A stretch of DNA of 64,000 nucleotides from positions 2,291 through 66,290 of the IMG/VR virus record IMGVR_UViG_3300017735_000003; one strand, written 5' to 3'. Source of the DNA: a virus. The position numbers were made by a program, and so were the translations under genes. Under the pieces are notes generated by a model. It saw nothing but the letters and a program-made list of their open reading frames with translations, was not told where the DNA came from and did no database searches. Every line of letters begins with the position of its first letter. Position 1 is the stretch's first letter. Shown piece after piece: positions 44,701 through 54,648 of this stretch.

Positions 44701-47700
44701 GAATCGGTTAAAGGTGAAAATGTAACTACAGTATCATATCAAGTTTCTTCTGGGTTTACGCATCCTCAATTAACTACAACTAATGGAATTCCTGACAATC
44801 CTTGGCCTGTTGAGATTAGTGCTCCATATTTAATGGCAGCAGGTCTTACATATGATATTACAGTAGAGACCTCAAATCCTCATTTATTATCTGATAATGA
44901 TATAATTACATTAGCATTAAATAGACAAGCATTATCATTAACAAAAACTTTTAAAGTAAGAGTATCTAATTATCAAACTATTAATTATGTAAAACCTGTT
45001 GTTGAGACTACCTTAGTTGTTGATGTTGCTTTCAACCAAACGACCATTAACGTAGATAATTCTAACGATTATAGAGAAAATGATTATTTAAAAGTTAATG
45101 ATGAAATTTTAAAAATTGTTTCGATTGATTATAATTCAGATCAAATTACTGTCGAAAGAACTCAGTTTGGATCTTCACTGAGATTACATGCAGCTACTAA
45201 CAAAGTAGAACTTTACATACCCGATGATCAACCAGATTATAGATTAACTGTAGGGTCGGCAATCACGAGTAGTGGTGTTTCAGGAACAATTTATAGTATC
45301 GACAAAGAAAATTCTGTTATTGAAGTAAGAGTTGGTTCAGGCACACTTACAAATTCAAGTGTTCTTACAGATGCATCTTCGCCAACAGGAAGAACTATTA
45401 ATGTAAGTAGTGTAAGTGATACTAAGATTTATTGGGAATTCGATCCTACTGGAACTGGCAATTATTATGTTCGTGATTTGTCTTTTAGATTAATTAGGGG
45501 AACTGAATATATTTTTGATACTAGTGATGGAAGTATTTTTGGGTACAGTTTAATTTTCTCTGAAGATTCAGCAAATATCAATACTGTCGCAGGTGTAACC
45601 TCTGTTGGAACTCCAGGAACTTCTGGATCATCAGTAACTATCACAAAAGATGCATTGTTGAACTTTGATGTTTCTAGAATATATTATTATGAGCAAAACG
45701 GTCAAATTCTCAATAATAAAACATTTTTATCAGTCCTCACATTTCCTGATGGTGTTAAAAAAATTAAAGTGGTTGATGACAATAGGTTTAAGTTCACTAT
45801 TCCTATACAACCCGAACAGACTAGTTACACAAATTTAGTTTCATACAGCACAACTTCACAAACTAGTATTGGTGCAATTAATACTGTCACGGTAGTTGAT
45901 GGGGGTGAAGGTTATAAAAAACTGCCAAATATTTCTGGAGTTATTCATACAGAATTAGATTCAGCAAAATTGGCATATTCAATTACTGGAGGTGCATTCA
46001 ATGACACATTCAGTGTTTTAAATCCCGGAAATAGATATTCAAATAATACAAAAATTATTGTCAATACTCTCACTGGTAGTGGAGCAGTTTTAACACCAAC
46101 GATTGTGGGTGGTAAAATTATTTCAGTAAAGGTTACTGTTGCTGGTAACGGATATGATGAGAATGATACTATCTCAATAATTGATACTGGTGCTAAAATT
46201 TTCCCAGTCAGTGATAGTATTGGCAAAATTAAAACAATTAGATTTAATAATAGTGGAAGTCAGTTTAATCCTGATAGAACATTTTCTAAATCTTTAGTAT
46301 TCAAACAAAAAATAATTATTACTGGTATTTCTGGTGGTACTTATAAACTTTCTGAAAATGTAACATCTTCTGGTGGATTATCTGCTAAAATTGACAAAAT
46401 AAGACAAATTGGTGTTGATGTTTTCTTACTTGATTTAAAAATCAACTCAGGAATTCCTAGAGTAGGTGATACTATCACGGGTTCTATTTTACAGGTAACA
46501 TCTACAATTTATTCTGTAACAAATCCCGATATTATTGGAAGTATTTCTGGATTTATCTCAAAAGTTGGTTTCTTTGATTCTGATTTAGGTAAGATTAGTG
46601 CTTCATCGCAAAAAATTACTGATAGTTATTACTATCAAGATTTCTCCTATGTCATCAGAAGTACAAAATCTCTAAGTGATTATAAAAAATATGTTGATGA
46701 AACAACACATCCACTTGGATTTAAATTATTTGGTGAAGTATCTGTAGAGAATGATGTTGACTTTGATGATACTGTAACAGGAAATCCATTTAGTATCGGT
46801 CTTGCTGACGATCATTCTGCTAATGAAGTTATTATTACATTACCTAATGTAAATGTAGAATCGGATATTGTTTTCAAAAAATATGAAATTTCTAGACTTA
46901 ATACAGTTAATATAAAAGCTTATCGTGGTATAGGAGCTGCTCGTCTTAATTTCTTAGATAACCAAATTGAAGCAGTGCAAATGGCAGATCTTTCTGCAGA
47001 ACTTAATGCTAGTACTCAAACATATACCTTGACTACACAGGATGGTAATTTCCCATTAGATACATCCAATACTTCTATTCTTCTTTCATTGAATGATGTA
47101 TTCCAAGAACCATTCCAAACATCTACTGTAACTGGAATTAGTTACTCTGGTGGAATTGCGACTATTACTACTGCCGCAGATCATAATTTAGCAACTACAT
47201 TAGTAGGTCAAACATATCCAAATCAAAAATATATTCATATTTCTGGTGTAACCAATACTGGCAATTTAAATTTTAACGATCAGTTTGAAGTATATGATGT
47301 GCCATCAACAACTACAATCAGAGTTGTGTTTAATAACCCCAATGGTTATCTAACAAATAATGATCCTGCAGTTTGTGCTGATGTCAAGTCAACCATTGAT
47401 AATTTAGTTAGTATTTTAACATATTATTTAAATAATCCATCTGCTGCACTACCCACAAATAACACAGGCGTTTGGTTGGATGAAGCATCATCAACCGTTG
47501 TTAGTGCTAATAGACACAGAGATGGTGCTAATTTAATTGATATCAATAGATTTGAAATTATTGATAGAGCTAATGCAGAAATTTCTTTACAGTATCCTGA
47601 TTTTTACTATCCAAATGATACTCAAACATCTGGATATAGCAGACAGAAAGATTCTTATAGATTAATTCAGCAAAACCGTAAAGAATTAATTGATAGAGGT

Positions 47701-50700
47701 GCTGCTGAAATTGCAGTTCAGTATCCTGATTTTGTATATCCTGGTGATCCTGCTAATGCAAGTGATTATCGCTTCAAGGATGCTTACAGACTAATTCAGC
47801 AGAATAGAACTGAGATTATTGATAATGCATATGCTGTAGTAGCAGCAAATCCTCCTGTTCCAGCTCCGGCTGATCTTGAGAACAAATGTAAGCGTGATAT
47901 TGGATTATTCATTGATTATACATCAATTGATCTTGTCAATGGTGGTAATGAGTATGCGCGTAAGTTTGCCCTTCAGTATTTTGATGATGCTGGAAATCCT
48001 CTCACAAATGGATTACTTAATGAGGAAGTAGCATCAGTTGCTGCATTTACTTCTGCTAAGGATAATATGATCCTTGCGTTTACTAATCAACTTACAATTA
48101 CTGATACTACAATCACTGTAGATCCTAATGGTTGTGCTAACGTAACATCTGCTATTACAGTTCTTGCTGGTATTGTAAATGATGCTATCACAGCAGGATC
48201 TACTGCTGGTCTTCCAACAGAAACTATCGGTGCTGATACTACTGGTGAAGCAAAATGTAAGCGCGACCTTGGATTGTTTATTGATGCCGTATCACTAGAT
48301 GTTCATACTGGCGGTAATGTATATGCTGTTAAATTCCTCAAAAAATATTTTAACGCTCAAGGAACATCATTTATCTCAAATGGTCTTTCCGGTGAAGTTC
48401 TAGAATCTAATACTGCATTCAATAAAGTAAGAGATTTGATGAAGCAAGCAATTGTAAATCAACTTCTTGTTAAGGATCTTACTATTACTAACGGTAATGC
48501 TAGTTACTGGGGGGATGCAGTCGGAACACCAACAGATGTCACGTATGATGCTAATACTGGCGTCTCAGTTATCACGATTGCTAATCATGGATTGTCTAAT
48601 GGTGAAGAGGTCAAGATTAGAGATAATGGTCTGACATTTACCTGTGAAATGGATGGGAATGTTAAAGAAAAATCTTATCCAAGACTTCTTGATGGTAATT
48701 CAAATACAGCAATGCCTGTTTCTAATGTTACTACAGATACATTTGAAATCAATGTTGGTACTTCACCAATTGTAAATTTCAATGTCAGTGATGCTACTTA
48801 TACTCCTTCCACTGGAGATGTTGAGATTAATATTGGTACTCACTCATTACGCGCAGGAACATCTATTAAACTTGCTGACGAAGCACTTACGTTCACCTGT
48901 GATTTTGACAACAATCAAACTCAGCATAGTTACCCCAAGACTGCTATCTTAAGTGAAACTGTCACAGATGCATCTTATGATCCAATACTTGGTGTTCTCA
49001 CTGTTACTGTTAAAAATCATGGATGGGAAAACGGAGATCTCGTTAAATTTGATGATGACTCTCTAGTCTTTACTTGTGGAATGGATGGAAATGCTACTAA
49101 CCACCCATACCCTCGTTCTACTGATCCATTCAGTGGTAAGTGGATACCCATTTACGCTGTAACAGGAAATACTTTTAGGGTTGCGGTAGGAGTTTCATCT
49201 AATACTTCTACACATACATTTGTCAGTGCAGTCGAAGACGGATTGAAGAAGAAAAAAGATAAGACATACGATACTGCTGTAAATATTGTCACAGTCACAG
49301 CAGATACAATTACGATCAATGTAGGTAGTTCAACAGATACATCAGCACATACATTTATTTCTGCTGTCCCAAATGCTGTTATTTCTGGTGGTGATTATCA
49401 GCATACATTTATAAGAGCAGTTACTGATGCTATTGTCAAAACACAAGTTAGTTCTCCTGTTTCAAATAACAGTGATGGTGCATGTGCTGACATCAAATCA
49501 AATATTGACACTCTCGTTGAAATTGTAACAGTATACTTAACTCAAGGATCTTTGAATTTTCCAAATCCTCTACCGGCACAATCTGTAAGAGTTCCTTCTG
49601 CTGGCGAAGCAAAATGCAAGAGAGATTTAAGTCTAATTGTTGATGCTGTTATTAGTGATATGAGAACAGGTGGTAATTCCAATATTAGAAGTTCCACTCA
49701 GAAATATTTGGATGGAGCTGCTTTATTGAGTAATGGTCTTGCAGGCGAAGTAGATGAATCTATCACTGCTTTCAATAAGGCAAGGGATCTGATGAAACTT
49801 GCAATTGCAAACCAACTTTATATTCAAGATTTAACTATCTTACCTGATTTCCTTACTACTTCTGGAACCATTGAGGCATCGAGTCTTACCAATTCTGTTT
49901 TTACTGAAGGTCAGTTTGAATATTCTAATTCAATACTTAAACTGTATGAAACTGTAAGAGAAGGAACTGTATTCCATAGTACTTTCTTTAAATTTGTTTC
50001 TGCTGGAGATGATGCTCGATATTCATATAAAGTAAAAAATATCTTGTTTGATGGAGTCAGTACAGATTATCCTTTATATAAAATTAATGGTTCTAATGTT
50101 ACTACAGAAGCAGATGAAAATCTATTAGTGTTTATTGATGGTGTTCTTCAACTTTATGGAGAATCTTATACCATTGATAGAAGTGTAAATCCAAATATAA
50201 TTAAATTTACCCATGTAATAGAAAAAGACAGACACTTCTTCTCTTATACATTCAGTAAATATAAAGTCTTAAATAATTTTGCAGATAAATTTAATTCTAG
50301 TGCAAGATCATTTGAATTTGCGTTTGGAGAAGACAACATTCTTCCTCCAGATGATCATCAAATGTTGGTGATGCTTGATGGTGTTCCTCAAGTAGAGGGA
50401 TCTTCATATAACATTGTTGATAACGTAATTACATTTACTGAAGCACCCACTACAGGGAAAAAATGTTTCGTATTATATTTCTATGGTAAAGTATTTGAGA
50501 AGACTATTTCAATCTGGAATGGTGAAGTATTTGAAAACTTAGAATATATTGGAGATAATAGTCCCGAAGGATGTCAGTATTTAACTAAGGTTGCAAATAC
50601 TGGAGATATTATCAAACCTGGTGATAAAATTAGAATTGATGGAGAATCCGTAAAAGAAATTATTAAAGTTGAAGAAAGGGCACTTGTCAATACTGACAAT

Positions 50701-52986
50701 TTGATTTACACAGCATTAGTATACACCGACAATTCATATATCCGTGGTAAGAATGCTGTTGCTAATGCTGTAATAGATCCTAGTGCTACTACTGTTTCAG
50801 GTGGCAATCCAGTTGGCATTGATGGAACTGTAGGTGTTGAATTTGGAATGGGTATTCCTACAGTATTTGCTCCAGGACCAATTACTGGGATTAATATAAC
50901 AAACCCAGGTCTTGAATATGATGTAGCTCCTATCGTTCTGTTCAAAACAGAATGTGATAATCCAGGAACTGGTGCAGAAGCTATCGCTCAAATTACTAAT
51001 GGTAAAGTAACTAATGTCATTATCACAAATGGCGGTTCTGGATATACAGAACCACCCGAATTAATTTTTGCTAAAAAGTATGAGATCATTAGACCTCATA
51101 CACCATTGTTTATGAGAAATAATACAATTGTTGATATTTCTTTAGCAAGTGCATCATTGCCCGGATTTAACGTCGTAAATGAAAGTGAATTGGAAGATAT
51201 CATTCCTCTAGTTTCAACTCAACTCACCACTTCACACACTAGTGTGCTTGAAATTGAAAATAAGACTAACCGAGATACATCACGTCCTGGACTTTCTTAT
51301 GTTCTGGAGACATTTGATAATAACAAATTCTCTTATGAACCGCGTGATCTTAATGATCCATTAGCATCTTATCTTGGTACTGGTGTTACTATTGAAATGA
51401 TTAACAGATATGCCCCTGCTCTTACAGTTGGTGATTTTACTACTCATAGAGGAGCTACGCAAGGAGCAACTGAACCAAATATTATTAATATCGGACCAGA
51501 AGCGTATATGTCATATGGATTCACACTTCCTAATGGTGCTTCTAGCACAGATACTATAATTGAAATTGATGGCTCAATTAATAATGTTCCTTCCAGCGGA
51601 TTTATTGAACTTGGAGATGAGTTAATTGATGCCGAAAGAATTTCTGGACCAACAACTCCAGGAGTTCAGGCAGTAGTTGATATTACTGGAGTTGGTTATG
51701 TTGATTCAGTAAATGTTTCAAACGCTGGTAGTGGATATGAAACAACTCCAACGGTATCTGTTACATCTCCAAGTGGAACTGATGCTACAATTACTGCTAA
51801 TCTAACAACTTCAGGATCATTTAAGAGATTTGATGTTACTAGTGGTGGTTCCAACTACACTTATCCACCAATCGTTACTTTGGGTGGTGGAATGACTGGT
51901 GTAAGTGCTACTGCTGAGATTACGGCAGGAGTTCTCACAGGAATTTCTCTTGATGGAATAAGTTACAACACTACAAATAGTAATCAAATTTTTGAATTTG
52001 GTAATGGAACTAGTATCGCTCAAAATGGTTCGGGATCTGGATCTACAGGTGGATTTGATATCGGTGGTTCCCATTTGAGATTTGGTGGTGCCAATGGAAC
52101 TAGATTTGCAACATTGAATGCAGTTGATACAACAGATGCTGATACTGTTAGAGTATATGCAATTAGAGGTACTGGTAGTAATGGCGGAGAAACACCAGAT
52201 GTTGTTGGAACAGAAGATTTAGTGCTTCAATACCAAACCACTGCTGTCGGAACAGATCCTGACAATTCATCATGGATTACTCTTGGAATTATTATTGATG
52301 CTGTTCCTAATGGATCAGGCACTGGCGTTCTTGACAACTATGACTTTGATATTTCTTCTACACCAGGAGCAATTAATTCAAATACTTGGTTTAGATTGTA
52401 TCAGGAAGGAAATAGTGGAGCAAACTTTGACCACTATGGCATCCTGAGTGTTTCATTCTTGGATACTAGCACTACCTATACAGATAGCACAGTAACTCTT
52501 TCTAATAATCCTCTTGATACTACTGGTAGTGGAGCAACCGCTGATGTTTATATGAATAAAGAAGTTGCTAGTTTGACATTAACGGATGGTGGTACTGGAT
52601 ATGCTCAGGCAACTACTTATAATCTCGTATTCAGCGGCGGCAATCCAACTTCTACCGCTATTGCTACTGGAGATGCTGTGTTTGAATTTAATATTAGTAT
52701 TGTAAATGCTGGAGAAAGTTATGACACTGCTACTGTGACCTTCACTGGTGGTGGTGGTAGTAATCTGGCAGCACAACTTACTGTTGATCCAAACACCACT
52801 AGAATTAGTAATGCAGTTATTACCAACCAAGGAAGTGGTTACACATCAGTTCCTTCATTCCAAGTCTCCGCTCCAGATGATGTTTGGAATTATAATCACA
52901 TTAAAGTAAAAACACGCGGAGCAAATGGAACGACAGCATCTACACATGCTACTGGAAAATACGCGAGACTCGCTTGGCGAGGGTGA
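41758..52986 (+). CDS. gp7: Giant baseplate wedge protein gp7 with YHYH-type region and nested globin-like/beta-repeat insertions
   Basis: 'QLPEFV..FVKFFEEYY', 'IKDFYNYKGT..FLFRALF', 'HSPILGWAYDGNPIYGPYG', 'DSYYYQDFSYVI..THPLGF'; position between gp6 and gp8. Confidence 0.88.
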   Translation: MNFNKLTISDLVDQQLPEFVVNEFPTFVKFFEEYYKSLELSGGLLDITNNFLDYKNIDNLRKYNLVTTYKLQQAISATDETIVLDSLDGLPSENGLISIGDEIILYETVNLSSRTLLNCKRGYSATTKFDSTATTVESTVAASHQSDDTVTNLSNLVLFLILRNYEHQYLAGFPFENISSNIDKDTLLRNIKDFYNYKGTDTSIEFLFRALFDEEVTVKYPKDYVIKSSYSDFTVDDIIKVEAIEGNPYDLIGNRLSQSDASGVLTSSAVIDEILINNISNYASANKTVYECRLNVINQQFFEIPRETLLRGVLSSTDSVITVDSTIGFPQLNGIIQIDDEVITYRYKTFNQFIDCGRGVFDTVAISHANLSDVRTTEFLFGYADGIELESNKVTMRLLGVSSSVIINDGGAYFEEAEKVELSLDGDIDSRQQFTTWIKNETGTLSSSSDVQINNNVSTITTEISNIYKDENYAYIVSSGLPVHPIGDFIGVGFNVNNQNLLKTIPLSTEKNTQTQFTGSNAVGLFINGVEAFSSQDYEDVSFGNIESVEIVQKGFGFETDIQPVFRVANSSGAGATFHANIIDGKVFSISVVDGGNGYTENQSLEVTYGFDATATIANDLDIINGSIRTITVTNPGQDYVATPNVEIIDSTGKGTGAFAIAEVTNNQLTGVIVLNGGVDYSDKDTITVRIVSKGTGVVANAIVKKWSFDRIFKTKNSIDINGNWTPAQTIKSDTGNGYLYPSRNIAYNLQYAYPSNPKLLRHSLSDNVQGVNANYDEKTSGFVHSPILGWAYDGNPIYGPYGYLTPTVPANGISRQTSSYVLKTTAEATRPNVVKYPLGSFVNDYEFIQGSGSLDINNGRFCITPEYPDGRYCYFLTVDSFGSGVYPYILGKTYHSVPAENNFNIEFNQQNEDNLPKEARRIRSSATPSKGFDAILSVSNVERGTIDDFVVYESENVFKVLDSLYINNDDTEGSRAFGRVESVKGENVTTVSYQVSSGFTHPQLTTTNGIPDNPWPVEISAPYLMAAGLTYDITVETSNPHLLSDNDIITLALNRQALSLTKTFKVRVSNYQTINYVKPVVETTLVVDVAFNQTTINVDNSNDYRENDYLKVNDEILKIVSIDYNSDQITVERTQFGSSLRLHAATNKVELYIPDDQPDYRLTVGSAITSSGVSGTIYSIDKENSVIEVRVGSGTLTNSSVLTDASSPTGRTINVSSVSDTKIYWEFDPTGTGNYYVRDLSFRLIRGTEYIFDTSDGSIFGYSLIFSEDSANINTVAGVTSVGTPGTSGSSVTITKDALLNFDVSRIYYYEQNGQILNNKTFLSVLTFPDGVKKIKVVDDNRFKFTIPIQPEQTSYTNLVSYSTTSQTSIGAINTVTVVDGGEGYKKLPNISGVIHTELDSAKLAYSITGGAFNDTFSVLNPGNRYSNNTKIIVNTLTGSGAVLTPTIVGGKIISVKVTVAGNGYDENDTISIIDTGAKIFPVSDSIGKIKTIRFNNSGSQFNPDRTFSKSLVFKQKIIITGISGGTYKLSENVTSSGGLSAKIDKIRQIGVDVFLLDLKINSGIPRVGDTITGSILQVTSTIYSVTNPDIIGSISGFISKVGFFDSDLGKISASSQKITDSYYYQDFSYVIRSTKSLSDYKKYVDETTHPLGFKLFGEVSVENDVDFDDTVTGNPFSIGLADDHSANEVIITLPNVNVESDIVFKKYEISRLNTVNIKAYRGIGAARLNFLDNQIEAVQMADLSAELNASTQTYTLTTQDGNFPLDTSNTSILLSLNDVFQEPFQTSTVTGISYSGGIATITTAADHNLATTLVGQTYPNQKYIHISGVTNTGNLNFNDQFEVYDVPSTTTIRVVFNNPNGYLTNNDPAVCADVKSTIDNLVSILTYYLNNPSAALPTNNTGVWLDEASSTVVSANRHRDGANLIDINRFEIIDRANAEISLQYPDFYYPNDTQTSGYSRQKDSYRLIQQNRKELIDRGAAEIAVQYPDFVYPGDPANASDYRFKDAYRLIQQNRTEIIDNAYAVVAANPPVPAPADLENKCKRDIGLFIDYTSIDLVNGGNEYARKFALQYFDDAGNPLTNGLLNEEVASVAAFTSAKDNMILAFTNQLTITDTTITVDPNGCANVTSAITVLAGIVNDAITAGSTAGLPTETIGADTTGEAKCKRDLGLFIDAVSLDVHTGGNVYAVKFLKKYFNAQGTSFISNGLSGEVLESNTAFNKVRDLMKQAIVNQLLVKDLTITNGNASYWGDAVGTPTDVTYDANTGVSVITIANHGLSNGEEVKIRDNGLTFTCEMDGNVKEKSYPRLLDGNSNTAMPVSNVTTDTFEINVGTSPIVNFNVSDATYTPSTGDVEINIGTHSLRAGTSIKLADEALTFTCDFDNNQTQHSYPKTAILSETVTDASYDPILGVLTVTVKNHGWENGDLVKFDDDSLVFTCGMDGNATNHPYPRSTDPFSGKWIPIYAVTGNTFRVAVGVSSNTSTHTFVSAVEDGLKKKKDKTYDTAVNIVTVTADTITINVGSSTDTSAHTFISAVPNAVISGGDYQHTFIRAVTDAIVKTQVSSPVSNNSDGACADIKSNIDTLVEIVTVYLTQGSLNFPNPLPAQSVRVPSAGEAKCKRDLSLIVDAVISDMRTGGNSNIRSSTQKYLDGAALLSNGLAGEVDESITAFNKARDLMKLAIANQLYIQDLTILPDFLTTSGTIEASSLTNSVFTEGQFEYSNSILKLYETVREGTVFHSTFFKFVSAGDDARYSYKVKNILFDGVSTDYPLYKINGSNVTTEADENLLVFIDGVLQLYGESYTIDRSVNPNIIKFTHVIEKDRHFFSYTFSKYKVLNNFADKFNSSARSFEFAFGEDNILPPDDHQMLVMLDGVPQVEGSSYNIVDNVITFTEAPTTGKKCFVLYFYGKVFEKTISIWNGEVFENLEYIGDNSPEGCQYLTKVANTGDIIKPGDKIRIDGESVKEIIKVEERALVNTDNLIYTALVYTDNSYIRGKNAVANAVIDPSATTVSGGNPVGIDGTVGVEFGMGIPTVFAPGPITGINITNPGLEYDVAPIVLFKTECDNPGTGAEAIAQITNGKVTNVIITNGGSGYTEPPELIFAKKYEIIRPHTPLFMRNNTIVDISLASASLPGFNVVNESELEDIIPLVSTQLTTSHTSVLEIENKTNRDTSRPGLSYVLETFDNNKFSYEPRDLNDPLASYLGTGVTIEMINRYAPALTVGDFTTHRGATQGATEPNIINIGPEAYMSYGFTLPNGASSTDTIIEIDGSINNVPSSGFIELGDELIDAERISGPTTPGVQAVVDITGVGYVDSVNVSNAGSGYETTPTVSVTSPSGTDATITANLTTSGSFKRFDVTSGGSNYTYPPIVTLGGGMTGVSATAEITAGVLTGISLDGISYNTTNSNQIFEFGNGTSIAQNGSGSGSTGGFDIGGSHLRFGGANGTRFATLNAVDTTDADTVRVYAIRGTGSNGGETPDVVGTEDLVLQYQTTAVGTDPDNSSWITLGIIIDAVPNGSGTGVLDNYDFDISSTPGAINSNTWFRLYQEGNSGANFDHYGILSVSFLDTSTTYTDSTVTLSNNPLDTTGSGATADVYMNKEVASLTLTDGGTGYAQATTYNLVFSGGNPTSTAIATGDAVFEFNISIVNAGESYDTATVTFTGGGGSNLAAQLTVDPNTTRISNAVITNQGSGYTSVPSFQVSAPDDVWNYNHIKVKTRGANGTTASTHATGKYARLAWRG

Positions 52987-52990
52987 TAAA

Positions 52991-52998
52991 TATAAATA
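52991..52998 (+). promoter_or_regulatory. T4-type late promoter
   Basis: TATAAATA upstream of gp8. Confidence 0.85.
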
Positions 52999-53034
52999 AC
53001 ACAAGGAAAACCGTAAACATTAACATTTATAGAA

Positions 53035-54606
53035 ATGCCAGCACTTATTTCTGAACAGTTTAGAATTCATAATGCCCAACAGTTTGAGGAAGCATTTTCT
53101 GAGGCAGCACCCACGAACATGTATTTCTTCATGGGCAGACCCCAAGACTGGGATACCGCTGCTGTAGCTGGTGCGACTTCATATGTCGGTCAAGCTTCAG
53201 GTAGTCAGCACAGTGGATCTTATCTCGCAGCTCCTGATGAGAACAATCCACCCACGCCCATCGATAGTTTCAATTACGAAAAAGAAGTTTTTGATGATAT
53301 GATTTCTCTTAAGAGAATTCAATCGTCAGATGTTAGATTAGTTGTCAATAGATACAACTGGACATCAGGAACGACATATTCAATGTATCGTTCTAACTAC
53401 AGCGCAGACTTCAAGGCAAACTCTGCCGGAGAAAATGCACCTCATATTTACTCAGCGAAATATTATGTTGTAAGTGACTATAAGGTTTACAAGTGTATCT
53501 ACAATGGATCATCACCCGCTAACCCTAATGGTATTGCTTCGACTGTTGCTCCTAGTGGAACTGGAACTACTATTTTCACAACTGCTGATACTTACAAGTG
53601 GAAGTTCCTCTACAGTATCGGAACCGATGATGTAATTAAATTCTTCACAACCTCCTATGCCCCTGTTCCCGCTAACTGGGGCGTCGGAACTGCTGGAGAC
53701 CCTGCTAATGGCGTTGATGTTAAAGCAGCTGCTGTAGACGGTGCTATCGACACTGTAGTGATTAATACTGGTGGTACAGGATATACTGATAATGCTTCAA
53801 CCGGATATACTAACGTCCCCATCCGTGGAGACTGGGCGCAAAACGGAGGTGTTCAAGCACTTGCGACAGTTAAAGTTAGTAGCGGTGCTGTAACTGAAGT
53901 AACAATCACCACTCCTGGATCTGGTTATACTTATGGTTATATCAACGTAAACTCGACTGAAATCTCTGGTATCGGTGCCCCCGGAACAGAAGCAGTTTTA
54001 GAAGTTATCATTCCTCCTGCAGGCGGACACGGATATAACATCTACAAGGAACTTGGCACTAAGCGTGTTATGATCAACTCCAGAGTTCAATATGATGAGA
54101 ATCTTGAGTTCCCTGTTGATACTGATTTCAGAAGAATTGGTGTTCTTCGCAATCCCGAAGAATCTGGTGGTGGTAGTGCTTCTGGTTCTACCTATAATGG
54201 TTTGACTGCTATTAAATTCCCATCTGCAACAGTTGCTTCATTTAATATTGACGAGACTGTAACGCAAACTACAACTGGCGCTACTGGTAAAGTCGTCTCT
54301 TGGGATTCTGCTACTAAAATTCTTAAAGTTTATCAGAGCAGCTACGAGCACATTGTTACTGGCAACCAAGGTGGAGATTTAACTCCTTTCTCAGGTTCAA
54401 ATGCAATCACTGGAGCACTTTCATCATCTGTTGAAACTCCAGACACTACTTACAGTTTGACTACTTCCAATCTAACTTTTGCTAATGGTTATTCAGCGCC
54501 AGAAATTAAAAAATATACTGGTGACATCATTTATGTTGAGAACAGAAGAACTGTTTCTCGTTCTATTGATCAAATTGAAGATGTCAAATTGGTCGTAGAA
54601 TTCTAA
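53035..54606 (+). CDS. gp8: Baseplate wedge subunit gp8
   Basis: 'FRIHNA', 'YKVYKCIYN', 'YKWKFLY', 'YVENR..R..DQIEDVKLVVEF'. Confidence 0.93.
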   Translation: MPALISEQFRIHNAQQFEEAFSEAAPTNMYFFMGRPQDWDTAAVAGATSYVGQASGSQHSGSYLAAPDENNPPTPIDSFNYEKEVFDDMISLKRIQSSDVRLVVNRYNWTSGTTYSMYRSNYSADFKANSAGENAPHIYSAKYYVVSDYKVYKCIYNGSSPANPNGIASTVAPSGTGTTIFTTADTYKWKFLYSIGTDDVIKFFTTSYAPVPANWGVGTAGDPANGVDVKAAAVDGAIDTVVINTGGTGYTDNASTGYTNVPIRGDWAQNGGVQALATVKVSSGAVTEVTITTPGSGYTYGYINVNSTEISGIGAPGTEAVLEVIIPPAGGHGYNIYKELGTKRVMINSRVQYDENLEFPVDTDFRRIGVLRNPEESGGGSASGSTYNGLTAIKFPSATVASFNIDETVTQTTTGATGKVVSWDSATKILKVYQSSYEHIVTGNQGGDLTPFSGSNAITGALSSSVETPDTTYSLTTSNLTFANGYSAPEIKKYTGDIIYVENRRTVSRSIDQIEDVKLVVEF

Positions 54607-54648
54607 TATATACCATATAAGATCAAAACAACATTCTAGTCTAGTAAT

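Noticed and set aside
41758-52986. Intein or intron explaining the size of gp7
   Set aside because: No intein splice-junction or LAGLIDADG motifs noticed; the size is explained by domain insertions.
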